The notes under the pieces: model-generated
Databases searched by the model: none
Seen by the model: the letters and a program-made list of their open reading frames with translations, nothing else
Told to the model about the DNA's origin: nothing
Shown here: piece by piece, positions 39,933-49,201 of the stretch
Position numbering within the stretch: the first letter of the stretch is position 1
Layout: each line of letters opens with the position of its first letter
Origin: Cyanobacteria bacterium auto_48_18
Lineage (GTDB): Bacteria > Cyanobacteriota > Vampirovibrionia > Obscuribacterales > Obscuribacteraceae
Reading direction: 5' to 3'
Assembly (NCBI GenBank): GCA_036170915.1
Contig: JAVHQC010000005.1
Coordinates: forward strand, 36,651-100,650
DNA: 64,000 nucleotides
Program-made: the position numbers and the translations under genes

Positions 39933-40148
39933 TTAATTTCCTCTGTAGTTTTTTTCAGGCCTGACATCACAATTGATCGACCTGATGAGGAAAGCCTAGC
40001 AGCTAAAAACTGACAATTTTTCTTGTTTACGATTAAGTGACAATGCAAAATAAATGGGGCGAAATGTCTGTTTTGCCTCTAGTCACTAAGCAGTTATTTT
40101 TGCTGCTTACAGTGGGGAAGTTACCAAGGTATTTCAGAGGTACAAATT

Positions 40149-40418
40149 ATGAGCATAGAATCTAGTGACCGAGTCACGCCTTCGAGATCAGAAGTCAGTC
40201 AAGATCCATGGTCGCAAATTGCAAGCCAAGCGTACGAAAGAGATAGCAGAGACAGCGGAATACAGCTGGCTGCCAGTGCCTGCAATCCTAAACTCGGTAT
40301 TCCAATTACTCCAGTAGAGCGGTTACTTGCTCCGATTGAGCCCCTGAGTACACATATCCCTAGTTGGCGCATGGGTGATGGCTGTCGCCAAATACCAAGA
40401 AGACCCGGCGCTGCGTAG
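40149..40418 (+). CDS. Small hypothetical protein (89 aa)
   Basis: GAGG RBS; N-terminal QAYER motif similar to the 61306 gene; two Cys in the C-terminal half. Confidence 0.6.
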   Translation: MSIESSDRVTPSRSEVSQDPWSQIASQAYERDSRDSGIQLAASACNPKLGIPITPVERLLAPIEPLSTHIPSWRMGDGCRQIPRRPGAA

Positions 40419-40521
40419 AGGTCGGGTGTCCGCAACATCTTAAGCTCGCGAACATCGGTGTGGCTCTTAGTATAATATTTCCTGAGTTTGGTAATTTTGA
40501 TGACTTTAGGAAATTTGGGAA

Positions 40522-41226
40522 ATGAAAGTTTTAATAGTACATGCGCATCCTGAGTCGCAAAGCTTTAATGGCGCCCTGACTCGTGCCGCGGTCGCCTCTC
40601 TGGTAGAAGCGGGTCACGAAGTAAAAGTGTCCGATCTTTATGAGATGGGATGGCAGCCGGTTTCAGGTAGAGATAATTTCACAACTGTAAAAGATCCATC
40701 GTACTTTAAACAACAACTTGAAGAAGCCTATGCCTCTGAACAGAATGGTTTCTCGCCTGACATACAAGCGGAACTTGAAAAATTAGATTGGTGCGATGTT
40801 CTGATCTTCCAGTTTCCGCTATGGTGGTTCGGTTTGCCTGCAATCCTCAAGGGCTGGGTCGACCGCGTCTTTGTTATGGGGAAAATTTATGGTGGCGGCG
40901 TTTGGTATGACAATGGTTATTTCAAGGGCAAGCGTGCATTTTGTTCTGTCACGATTGGCGGTCCCGCTGACGTGTACAGCGAAAACGGGTTAAACGGAGA
41001 CATCAATCAAATCTTGTTTCCTATTAATCATGGCATCTTTTATTTCGTTGGCTTTGACGTATTGCCACCGTATTTGGTGCATAGTCCTGTTAGGCTTAGC
41101 GATTCGGAACGTCAAGCCAAAATCGCTGAGTATGCTCAGTACGTTCTAGGCACTGACTCAAGAAAGCCCATCGAGTATAAACGTCTGGCTGATTACAATG
41201 CGAATTTTGTCGCTAACCAGAAATGA
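40522..41226 (+). CDS. NAD(P)H dehydrogenase (quinone), flavodoxin-like fold
   Basis: VLIVHAHPE..SFN, SDLY, QFPLWWFGLPAILKGWVDRV. Confidence 0.93.
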   Translation: MKVLIVHAHPESQSFNGALTRAAVASLVEAGHEVKVSDLYEMGWQPVSGRDNFTTVKDPSYFKQQLEEAYASEQNGFSPDIQAELEKLDWCDVLIFQFPLWWFGLPAILKGWVDRVFVMGKIYGGGVWYDNGYFKGKRAFCSVTIGGPADVYSENGLNGDINQILFPINHGIFYFVGFDVLPPYLVHSPVRLSDSERQAKIAEYAQYVLGTDSRKPIEYKRLADYNANFVANQK

Positions 41227-41299
41227 GAGTTTCGTACTGCTAGGCAACTTCTTTGCTAGGATCTTTTTGAGTTTGCCACGACGCAACAAAGGATAAAAA

Positions 41300-41950
41300 A
41301 TGACCACAGAATTATTGACTAGTTCGCCAATTGAAGCTCTAGCCTGGCGCTATGCCACAAAACAGTTTGACTCTCAAAAGAAAATTCCCGAGAGTGATTG
41401 GCAGATTTTGGAAGAAGCACTTCGGCTGACGCCATCCAGTTTTGGCATGCAGCCATATCGATTCGTCGTCGTCACTGATCAAAAGACCAAAGATCAGTTA
41501 GCTCCCGTTTGCTGGAATCAAGCTCAGGTTTCGCAATGTTCTCATTTTGTTGTTTTTGCCCGCAAAAATGAGGTGACACTAGATACAGTGGCAGAGTATG
41601 TGCAACTAATGGCCACTGTTCGTGAAGTGTCGGTGGAATCGCTAAAGGTCTTTCATGGAATGATGAACGGATTTGTTTCAGGTTCTACGCCTGAAAAATT
41701 GGCTGAGTGGGCGGCCAGGCAGACTTATATTGCTCTCGGTAATTTGATGACAGCCGCATCTTTGCTTAAGATAGATAACTGTCCTATGGAAGGCATTGTT
41801 GCGCCAGACGTTGATCGTATTTTGAATTTGCCGGCACAAGGTTGTCACAGTGTTGTTGCTTGCGCGCTGGGATATAGAGCAGCGGATGACAAATATGCAG
41901 AACTGAAAAAGGTTCGTTTTCCAAGCGAAGAGCTATTTATCAAGGTCTAA
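41300..41950 (+). CDS. Nitroreductase (NfsB-like)
   Basis: WRYATK.FD, LTPSSFGMQP, WAARQTYIALG, CPMEG, K.R. Confidence 0.93.
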   Translation: MTTELLTSSPIEALAWRYATKQFDSQKKIPESDWQILEEALRLTPSSFGMQPYRFVVVTDQKTKDQLAPVCWNQAQVSQCSHFVVFARKNEVTLDTVAEYVQLMATVREVSVESLKVFHGMMNGFVSGSTPEKLAEWAARQTYIALGNLMTAASLLKIDNCPMEGIVAPDVDRILNLPAQGCHSVVACALGYRAADDKYAELKKVRFPSEELFIKV

Positions 41951-42022
41951 AGCTGGAAGGTCATATTTCAAGCCTACGGCTCCTGGGCTGCAAGCTATTA
42001 GTTGAATTAATAGGTGACCGTA

Positions 42023-42051
42023 TTGACACGTGACTAAATAGTCACTAATAT
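42023..42051 (+). promoter_or_regulatory. Sigma70 promoter with a palindromic operator in the spacer
   Basis: TTGACA 42023-28, 17 bp, TAATAT 42046-51; perfect inverted repeat GTGACTA-AA-TAGTCAC at 42030-42045. Confidence 0.75.
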
Positions 42052-42058
42052 TGTCCTC

Positions 42059-42856
42059 ATGGACGCTGTATTTAGGGCTTTGAATGATGCGCATCGCCGC
42101 CGCATTCTTGATTTACTTCATGAGTGTGATGGCCAGAGCTTGCTGGAGATTGAGGCTAACTTTGATCAGATGACGCGTTTTGGTGTCATGAAACATCTCA
42201 AAATTCTAGAGTCAGCGTCCCTTGTTACAACGCGCAAAAGCGGGCGCTTTAAATATCACTACTTAAATACCGTTCCACTGCAGGAGATATCTGACCGCTG
42301 GATATCGCGCTTTGCTGCACCGTGGTCGGCTGCGCTGGCTGATCTGAAGACCAATTTGGAAATGCCAAAGGAAAATGAAAGAAGTATGGAAAACTCAATG
42401 GTGAAAACAAAACCACAGCATGTATTCGTTACTGTAATTAAAACAACCCCAGAGAAGCTTTGGTCGGCACTAACCGATGGAAAGATTACGCCAGGCTATT
42501 ATTATGGTGCCACTCTTCAGGGTGAAATGAAGAAGGGTGCTCATTATTCGTATATTGGACCTGATGGGAAGAATTTCCTGACTGGCGAGATTCTAGAGGC
42601 TGTTAAGCCAGAAAAGTTGGTGATGACTTTCAAAGGCGAGTGGATGCCAGGCATGCTAGATGACAAACCAAGTCGAGTTACTTACGAGATTTTGCAGCAG
42701 GGAGATTGTTGTCGGCTCACCTTGGTTCATGATCAGTTTGAAGATGAAACAGAGACTTTCAAGAATTGTGGCGGAGGATGGCCTGGTATTGTTTCGGGGC
42801 TCAAGACTCTGCTGGAAACTGGTCAACCATTAAACTACAACCCCATGGGCGGTTAG
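42059..42856 (+). CDS. ArsR/SmtB HTH regulator fused to SRPBCC (AHSA1) domain
   Basis: VFRALND..RR.ILD.L...MTRFGVMKHL..LE; I.TTPEKLWSALTD...GWP.I.SGLKTLLETG. Confidence 0.92.
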   Translation: MDAVFRALNDAHRRRILDLLHECDGQSLLEIEANFDQMTRFGVMKHLKILESASLVTTRKSGRFKYHYLNTVPLQEISDRWISRFAAPWSAALADLKTNLEMPKENERSMENSMVKTKPQHVFVTVIKTTPEKLWSALTDGKITPGYYYGATLQGEMKKGAHYSYIGPDGKNFLTGEILEAVKPEKLVMTFKGEWMPGMLDDKPSRVTYEILQQGDCCRLTLVHDQFEDETETFKNCGGGWPGIVSGLKTLLETGQPLNYNPMGG

Positions 42857-42885
42857 ATAAATTGGCGTAGCTGGTTTTCAAAAGC

Positions 42886-42918
42886 GTGGTCTGGAGCAAT
42901 ACTCCAGGCCACTTTCTT
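42886..42918 (+). terminator. Intrinsic terminator
   Basis: GTGGTCTGGAG-CAATA-CTCCAGGCCAC followed by TTTCTT. Confidence 0.7.
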
Positions 42919-43022
42919 ATCTTAGTGGCTGATAACTTGCTTGCCTTGCTTTAGCTAACTCTTCTGGGTGATTGTGCTGTCGAGTATCGAGAGGTAGGCT
43001 GGAAGAGAGAGGGCACAAGGCT

Positions 43023-43598
43023 ATGAGTAAGTCACATATCAACTACTGGGAAGACCTTAGTCGATGGTTTTCGTTTGCTGTGCATCGCCTTATTTTTGTC
43101 CCAGTGTGCTGCATTCAAGCTATTGAGAGTGAACTAACAACAAAGCACGCCGAGTTCAAAATATCACATAGTCTGCCAGAACATAATAAGGGCGGCGAAA
43201 CAGACAATTTGGAAACCCTAATGAATACGCTAAATATTCCAGAAAAGAAAGCGCTTATAGACCATCCTCACATCTGTAGAGGCTGCGGCCATGACATCAT
43301 CTCTCGGGCACACTCTAGCGTTGTTCATGAGCATACAAAACTCGACCATGAAATTTTTCACAATTGGTTGTCTAATGATCAACCACGTCTCGACGTTTAC
43401 CAAGCACTGCCCCACGCTAGTGGCTATGAGCAAAATCTGGACGGCTTCACCGATGAACACCTTCAGCGCGTTGAGAAATACTGGGCAGAACATCAGCTAG
43501 TAAGTCCGACCTGCACAAATTCAGCCAGACTCGCAACAACAGCCGAGTGGGAAAGAACTAAGAAAATGGCTCTTGAAGCTGCGCACCGCGATATCTAG
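43023..43598 (+). CDS. His/Cys-rich hypothetical protein, tandem paralog A
   Basis: Start aligned with its paralog (MSKS..NYW); HPHICRGC.HD motif. Confidence 0.75.
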   Translation: MSKSHINYWEDLSRWFSFAVHRLIFVPVCCIQAIESELTTKHAEFKISHSLPEHNKGGETDNLETLMNTLNIPEKKALIDHPHICRGCGHDIISRAHSSVVHEHTKLDHEIFHNWLSNDQPRLDVYQALPHASGYEQNLDGFTDEHLQRVEKYWAEHQLVSPTCTNSARLATTAEWERTKKMALEAAHRDI

Positions 43599-43735
43599 AG
43601 AAAACGAATAGGTCGCGTACCGCGCTCAGTTGGCTTATATTAAGGAACTTTGGCATGCGGCATAACGTCACTGCGGGCCTGATGTCTTCTCCACGAACTG
43701 CAAAAGAGCGAAGGTATAATGATAATCACAAAATT

Positions 43736-44308
43736 ATGAGTAAGTCTCAGACCAACTACTGGGACGACCTCACGCAATGGTTTTCCTTTGGAATGCATCG
43801 TCTTCTCTACATTCCAGCATGCTGCATTCGAGCCATTGAAAATGAATTAACAATGAAGCACGGCGAGTCTAAAGTATTACATCGACCGCCAGATCATTTG
43901 GGCCACAATACTGCTAATTTCCAAACAGCAAACTATCCCCTAGCTGTTCCTGAAACACATGGATTTATAGACCATCCTCACATCTGTAGAGGTTGCGACC
44001 ACGACATAGTCTCTCGGGCAAAGTCTAGTCTTGTTCATGAGCATACAAGACACGACAATGAAAGTTTTCACAATTGGTTGTCTAATGACGAACCTCGTCT
44101 CGACGTCTACAAGGCGTTGCCTCGCGCTAGTGGTTATGAACAAAATCTAGCTGGCTTTTCAGATGAACACCTTCAGCGTGTGGAGAAATATTGGGCGGAA
44201 CATCAACTTGTAAGCCCAAATTGCACAGGTTCAGCCAAGCTCGCAACCTCAGCCGATTGGGAAAGAACTAAGCAACTGATTTCTGAATCTGGGCCCAGCG
44301 CTATCTAG
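43736..44308 (+). CDS. His/Cys-rich hypothetical protein, tandem paralog B
   Basis: Highly similar to 43023-43598 with both reading frames intact. Confidence 0.75.
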   Translation: MSKSQTNYWDDLTQWFSFGMHRLLYIPACCIRAIENELTMKHGESKVLHRPPDHLGHNTANFQTANYPLAVPETHGFIDHPHICRGCDHDIVSRAKSSLVHEHTRHDNESFHNWLSNDEPRLDVYKALPRASGYEQNLAGFSDEHLQRVEKYWAEHQLVSPNCTGSAKLATSADWERTKQLISESGPSAI

Positions 44309-44429
44309 ATAAGACTGTATTGGTACGACCTGCCGCCGCAATGGCACCGAATCTTGCGCGCCGGTGGCAGCTGCTGTTAGTATTCCAGTTTTAACTTATT
44401 GAAGTATAAGTTTTACGCGGACAACAGCA

Positions 44430-45812
44430 ATGCCACGCGATCGCACAAAAGAAATAGACGTGTCAAATCTGCGCAGAAAGTATCGCAAGCGCATCCGCAA
44501 GGTTGAGAAGCTCGTACTCTCTCGCACTCATCCTACCGTTGCGGCCCAGTGGCATCCGAAAAAGAACAAAGGTTTGGGACCTGAAGATGTCACTTATGGA
44601 TCGCACATTAAGTTATGGTGGCTTTGCGATGTACATCCGTCACACGAGTGGGAAGCCGCGCCACATAGCCGCTGTGGTGCCAATGGTAAGCTTAGAAGCG
44701 GGTGTCCATGTTGTTCTGGAAACAAAGCCTGCGTTACGAATTCCCTGGCAACATTGTTTCCTAAAATTGCATCGGACTGGCATCCATCAAAGAATACTGG
44801 CTTGACACCAGAACACTTTACCGGCAGCAGCAATTACAGTGCCTGGTGGCAGTGCAAGATCAATAAAACACATGTCTGGCAAGCCGCAATTGGTTGGCGA
44901 ACAAGAGATGACACCGGCTGCCCATTTTGTAGCAACAAAAAAGTATCAAAAACAAATTCGCTGGCGGCGCTTTACCCGAAGCTCGCGTCTGAATTTCATT
45001 CTAGCAAAAATGGCAATCTTACCGCGCGAGAAGTTATAGCAAACAGTCACACTATATATTGGTGGGAATGCCGCCAGCACCATGAATGGCAGACATCACC
45101 AAAGAGTAGAATTGCCGACAAAACGAGATGTCCCTACTGTGTCGGACGAATTGCTGATGACGAGAATAATCTCGCTGTACTTTATCCGGATATTGCAAGT
45201 GAGTGGCACCCGATTGCAAATGGCAAATTGTCACCGTGGACGGTATTGCCAGGTGGTCACAGAAAAATTTACTGGCGATGTAGCAAAGATCAAACACATA
45301 TTTGGCAGGCAAAATTGGTTTCTCGCACCAGAAATGGCTCGGGCTGCCCAGAATGTGCTCTAGTCAAAAGATCAAATAAACGTCCGAGGGCGTCTAAGAC
45401 CAATAACCTCTCGAAAACTTTTCCACAGCTCGCGAAGCAATGGCATCCGACTCTTAACGGCGATTTACGACCAACCGATGTCACCGCTGGTAGTAATAAG
45501 TTTGTATGGTGGAAATGCGCAAAAGCATCAGATCATGTCTGGTCTACCCAGGTAGCGTCGAGAGTGACATCAAAAACTGGTTGTCCATTTTGCTCCGGTC
45601 GAAAAGTTTCCACAACAAACTGTCTGGCCAAAACGTTTCCTGAAGTTGCGGCGCAATGGCACCCGACAAAAAACGGCGCACTGTCGCCAGCTCTAGTTAC
45701 CAACACGAGTAAGCTTAAAGTGTGGTGGCAATGTTCAGCAAGCAAAAAGCATGCCTGGCAAGCAACAGTCAGGTATCGCACCCAGAGGGGCCAGACCTGC
45801 CCAAAATGTTGA
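44430..45812 (+). CDS. Zinc-ribbon repeat protein (DUF4379-like, six repeats)
   Basis: Six units of L...P..A..(W/F)H...N.....W.C....H.W.......CP.C. Confidence 0.88.
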   Translation: MPRDRTKEIDVSNLRRKYRKRIRKVEKLVLSRTHPTVAAQWHPKKNKGLGPEDVTYGSHIKLWWLCDVHPSHEWEAAPHSRCGANGKLRSGCPCCSGNKACVTNSLATLFPKIASDWHPSKNTGLTPEHFTGSSNYSAWWQCKINKTHVWQAAIGWRTRDDTGCPFCSNKKVSKTNSLAALYPKLASEFHSSKNGNLTAREVIANSHTIYWWECRQHHEWQTSPKSRIADKTRCPYCVGRIADDENNLAVLYPDIASEWHPIANGKLSPWTVLPGGHRKIYWRCSKDQTHIWQAKLVSRTRNGSGCPECALVKRSNKRPRASKTNNLSKTFPQLAKQWHPTLNGDLRPTDVTAGSNKFVWWKCAKASDHVWSTQVASRVTSKTGCPFCSGRKVSTTNCLAKTFPEVAAQWHPTKNGALSPALVTNTSKLKVWWQCSASKKHAWQATVRYRTQRGQTCPKC

Positions 45813-45840
45813 TTGTAACGCCCTTGCCAATGACCTTCCG

Positions 45841-45867
45841 GTCACAAGTTGGTCACAGGAAAGTCAC
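45841..45867 (+). promoter_or_regulatory. Three GTCAC direct repeats at 11-bp period (OmpR/PhoB-type box)
   Basis: GTCAC at 45841, 45852 and 45863, upstream of the 45986 gene. Confidence 0.65.
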
Positions 45868-45985
45868 CACTCGGTTTAAGTGCGCCTTTATTGTTGAAGC
45901 ATGTTCGAACTGGAAAGTTCACATTTACTAGTCGGTCGAATCAGCGGCAGAACATGACCGGCATTTTCTTTGAGGGCAGCGCGAC

Positions 45986-47803
45986 ATGTTAGACAATACA
46001 AACACGAGTGACAATGTTGTTGCACCATTAGAACAAGCCACAGACAGTTCTGTGCGACTACAAGATGAAGCAGGCGATATAACGTCTTATAGCACTCCAG
46101 CCGATATCGCCATAAGTACACAAAAAATGGTCGATGCTGGCCAGGTTCCCTCCCTCGAGATTGATTTTTCTGGTAACGACGAATCTTTTAACAGTATGAT
46201 CTCGACCAATGGCCTTAAGGTATTTAATTCACCCGGTCGCGGTCAGATTGATTATTTCTCTCAAGTTGATGGTATGGATGACCCTGGCTTCTTCTATAAC
46301 GGTGAAGATGGCGCAATCACTAAAAGCGGCATAGACAGCTATGTTGCTCAAAACGATAGCACGGCACCTCGGCGATCTACTAATCCTAGAAAAGACGAAT
46401 TTGTAGACTCGCTAAAACAAATTTCTGAAAATTGGGACAGCCCTGAAATGGCACCATACAAAGAATCTGAAGCTTCTATGACGAGAGAATCTTTCGCAGC
46501 CGGCTTAGAGTCTTTACCCGCGCGGCAAGAACAGGCTGCCGCAGATGAAGCACAAATTCCAACAGAAAATACGCCAGTCGAGGTTTTGCCTAAGGCTCCG
46601 GAAGATGTTGCTGTTGATGCTCCTGTTGATGTTTCTGTCGATGCTCCTGTTGATGTTTCTGTCGATGCTCCTGTCGATGCTCCCGTAGATGCTCCGGTAG
46701 ACGAGCCGCTTGACGAACCTGCGGCGACTTTGACACTAGCTGATGAAGTAACTGAGCTTTCACTTGTTCGTCCAGGCGAAGGACCTTACCAAGTCGCTGA
46801 GCGTGTACTTTCCTCAGGTGAGAGTGCCGCCAGCCATGACGAAGTGATGGCTTTGACGCGGGCCATGCAAGAACAGTATCGCGAAGAATATCCAGAAGAT
46901 CCGAGTTTGGTTGGCCTAAAGGTCAATCATCAGTTTCTCTCCCCAGAGAAAGTTGACGCACTCTTGAACTCAATTTCTGACCCGAGTTTGAAAGAGAGTA
47001 TTGCAGCAAAGTTATTCAAGACAGCTGAAAGCGCCACCGACACTGCCACCACCGACTCCGACAGTACCGACTCCAAGACCGCCACAGATAGCACTTCAGT
47101 AAGCACTTTCGACACCATGATTGCGACTGACGGTCTTACGGTCTTCGCTCCACCTGCCAGTGGTGAGGCTGACTTTTTTAGTGAAGTTGACGGGATGAAT
47201 AATGAGGGAACTATAGAAGAAGGAAATGACGGAGCTATAAGCAAATTTGATATAGACAGCTTCCTCAGTGCCAGTGTTGCTAACAATGATATGTCAGAAA
47301 GCTCCGGCGACCCGTTAAGAGATAAGTTTGTTGATTCAATCAAGTCGATCTCTGAAAATTGGGATCGTCCAGAAATGGCTGCCTACAAAGATTCTAATGG
47401 TGCAATGACAAGAGAATCATTTGCTGCCGGCGTGGAATCTTTGCCGCAAACCCAGGAAGCCATAGCGGAGACTGTCGATGCCGGCCAACCAACTTCACCT
47501 TTAGTTCTGAGTGAAACAGCTGCTGAGCTATCTCAGATTCGTAGTGGAGAAGGGCCATACCAAGTGGCTGCTCGAATACTCACCTCTGGGGGGAATTCTG
47601 CTAGTAATTCAGAAGTCACTGCACTTATGCGTGCCATGCAAGCTCAGTACCGTCAAGAAAATCCCGATGATGCAACCATGGCAGGTCTAAAAGCAGGTAC
47701 TCGATTACTTACTGAAGAGAGCGCAGCTGCCGTACTGGAGAGCATAGCGGATCCACTACTGAGAGCCAGTATTGAAGCTAAAATCCGCCGACAAGATAGC
47801 TGA
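45986..47803 (+). CDS. Acidic protein built from an internal duplication (A-B-A-B)
   Basis: F..MI.T.GL.VF...DGAI.K..ID...MTRESFAAG.ESLP occurs twice; ELS..R.GEGPYQVA.R.L...RAMQ.QYR occurs twice. Confidence 0.8.
   Translation: MLDNTNTSDNVVAPLEQATDSSVRLQDEAGDITSYSTPADIAISTQKMVDAGQVPSLEIDFSGNDESFNSMISTNGLKVFNSPGRGQIDYFSQVDGMDDPGFFYNGEDGAITKSGIDSYVAQNDSTAPRRSTNPRKDEFVDSLKQISENWDSPEMAPYKESEASMTRESFAAGLESLPARQEQAAADEAQIPTENTPVEVLPKAPEDVAVDAPVDVSVDAPVDVSVDAPVDAPVDAPVDEPLDEPAATLTLADEVTELSLVRPGEGPYQVAERVLSSGESAASHDEVMALTRAMQEQYREEYPEDPSLVGLKVNHQFLSPEKVDALLNSISDPSLKESIAAKLFKTAESATDTATTDSDSTDSKTATDSTSVSTFDTMIATDGLTVFAPPASGEADFFSEVDGMNNEGTIEEGNDGAISKFDIDSFLSASVANNDMSESSGDPLRDKFVDSIKSISENWDRPEMAAYKDSNGAMTRESFAAGVESLPQTQEAIAETVDAGQPTSPLVLSETAAELSQIRSGEGPYQVAARILTSGGNSASNSEVTALMRAMQAQYRQENPDDATMAGLKAGTRLLTEESAAAVLESIADPLLRASIEAKIRRQDS
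46604..46720 (+). repeat. 12-nt coding tandem repeat (D-A-P-V / D-V-S-V linker)
   Basis: GATGCTCCTGTT/GATGTTTCTGTC-like units in tandem. Confidence 0.85.
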
Positions 47804-47806
47804 TTT

Positions 47807-48478
47807 TCACACGTTTGTATCGACCCGATATCCAAAGCCTCGCATATTCTTGATTATCATTCCTTTGGGATCTATCTTCTGACGCAATCGCTTAACGGTC
47901 TGTTTAACTGCCTGCGGATCAGGCTCTTCACATGCGCCCCACACGTGATGCACAAGGCTCTCAGAGGAATGACTTTTGTTGGGATGCAATATTAAGTACT
48001 CGAGTAATCTATGCTCAATTGGAGCAAGAAGAATCTCAGTGCCATTGAGATAGAAGCAATTTTTGTCAAGATCTAGAACTATAGGACCGGCTTGTATCAT
48101 GCCTTGAACGGCTCCGGCTCCGCGTCGAATCAAAACTTTCGCGCGCAGAAGCAACTCTTGGAGATGAAACGGTTTGCAAAGGTAATCGTCAGCGCCCGAT
48201 TGAAAACCCGCCACTTTATCAACTAGATCGTTTCTGCCGGTGAGAAACAGAACCGGCATCTGGCCTCCGCGACTTTTGTAATACCGGCATATTTCCGGCC
48301 CCAACATGTCCGGTAAATTGTAGTCCAGAATACACAGATCGTAGTCTGAAACAGACAAAAGGGTTTTAGCATCCTGACCGCTTGCCGCAACATCAACCAG
48401 ATAGCTTTCAGCCACTAGGTGCTCTTCTAGCAGGGCCAGCAGTTCTTTATCATCATCAACCAAAAGTACTTTCGACAT
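47807..48478 (-). CDS. OmpR/PhoB family response regulator
   Basis: VLLVDDD, ILDYNLP, FLT, GADDYLCKPF, winged helix ending RGFGY. Confidence 0.95.
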   Translation of the reverse strand: MSKVLLVDDDKELLALLEEHLVAESYLVDVAASGQDAKTLLSVSDYDLCILDYNLPDMLGPEICRYYKSRGGQMPVLFLTGRNDLVDKVAGFQSGADDYLCKPFHLQELLLRAKVLIRRGAGAVQGMIQAGPIVLDLDKNCFYLNGTEILLAPIEHRLLEYLILHPNKSHSSESLVHHVWGACEEPDPQAVKQTVKRLRQKIDPKGMIIKNMRGFGYRVDTNV

Positions 48479-48645
48479 AAAAGCTCTTATTCCCTGTCGA
48501 CAAGGCACCTCTAACCCAGCGCAAAACATAAATGGGAGCAAGCACCACCGACGTTACCAAGATGACACCAAAGCAGTCCTATTATTCTCAAACCGCCGAA
48601 CAAGAGCGGGTAACCGGTGCAAAATTTTTACTAGGAGAAACGAAA

Positions 48646-49101
48646 ATGAGCAGAGTTGATATTCAGGCAGAGACTTCAGAAAGAACACAACCATCTGAAA
48701 AGACCGAACCGCCCAAGGTGCAGGAAGAGGCCTTACAATTACTAGGCGAGAAGCCACAAAACAATCTATCTTCTGAAGCCCCAAGCCTACCTGGTCTGGT
48801 TTTGGTTGATTCTACCTCAGCCGCCAAGCTTCCTGATTTTGCTCAGCCCAAAGATGCCAGCGAGGGGCGCCAAGCCGCATCACTGATGGACTCACAAGGA
48901 CCCAACGCCCCTGGCGCAAGTAGCGTCACACAAGAAGCCAGAGCACTTCTGAACAGTAATGCAAGTGCTAACGAGCGTTCCCAAACACAGCAAGCATTCA
49001 ACGCTCAGAGCCGATACTATGTCGCGGTCCAGGGTACCGGCGTCAATGGTCCAATACTGACCATTCGCGCAGACAATAACAATGACGGAAGAGCAGATTG
49101 A
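48646..49101 (+). CDS. Hypothetical protein
   Basis: AGGAG RBS before ATG 48646; QEEALQLL...LPGLVLVD N-terminal motif; followed by a terminator. Confidence 0.7.
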   Translation: MSRVDIQAETSERTQPSEKTEPPKVQEEALQLLGEKPQNNLSSEAPSLPGLVLVDSTSAAKLPDFAQPKDASEGRQAASLMDSQGPNAPGASSVTQEARALLNSNASANERSQTQQAFNAQSRYYVAVQGTGVNGPILTIRADNNNDGRAD

Positions 49102-49157
49102 TTAGCCGTTAGTCGGGCACCACATTCGTAAAAAAGAAACTATTGCTAAATCAATTG

Positions 49158-49186
49158 AAGGAGCCTTGCTCAAAGCAGGCTCCTTT
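49158..49186. terminator. Stem-loop between convergent genes (probably bidirectional terminator)
   Basis: AAGGAGCCTTGCT-CAA-AGCAGGCTCCTTT. Confidence 0.6.
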
Positions 49187-49201
49187 GCACAATATAAGTA
49201 T

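Noticed and set aside
42030..42045. GTCAC in the ArsR promoter as a member of the direct-repeat regulon
   Set aside because: It is part of an inverted repeat inside a consensus sigma70 promoter, which is better explained as the ArsR operator.
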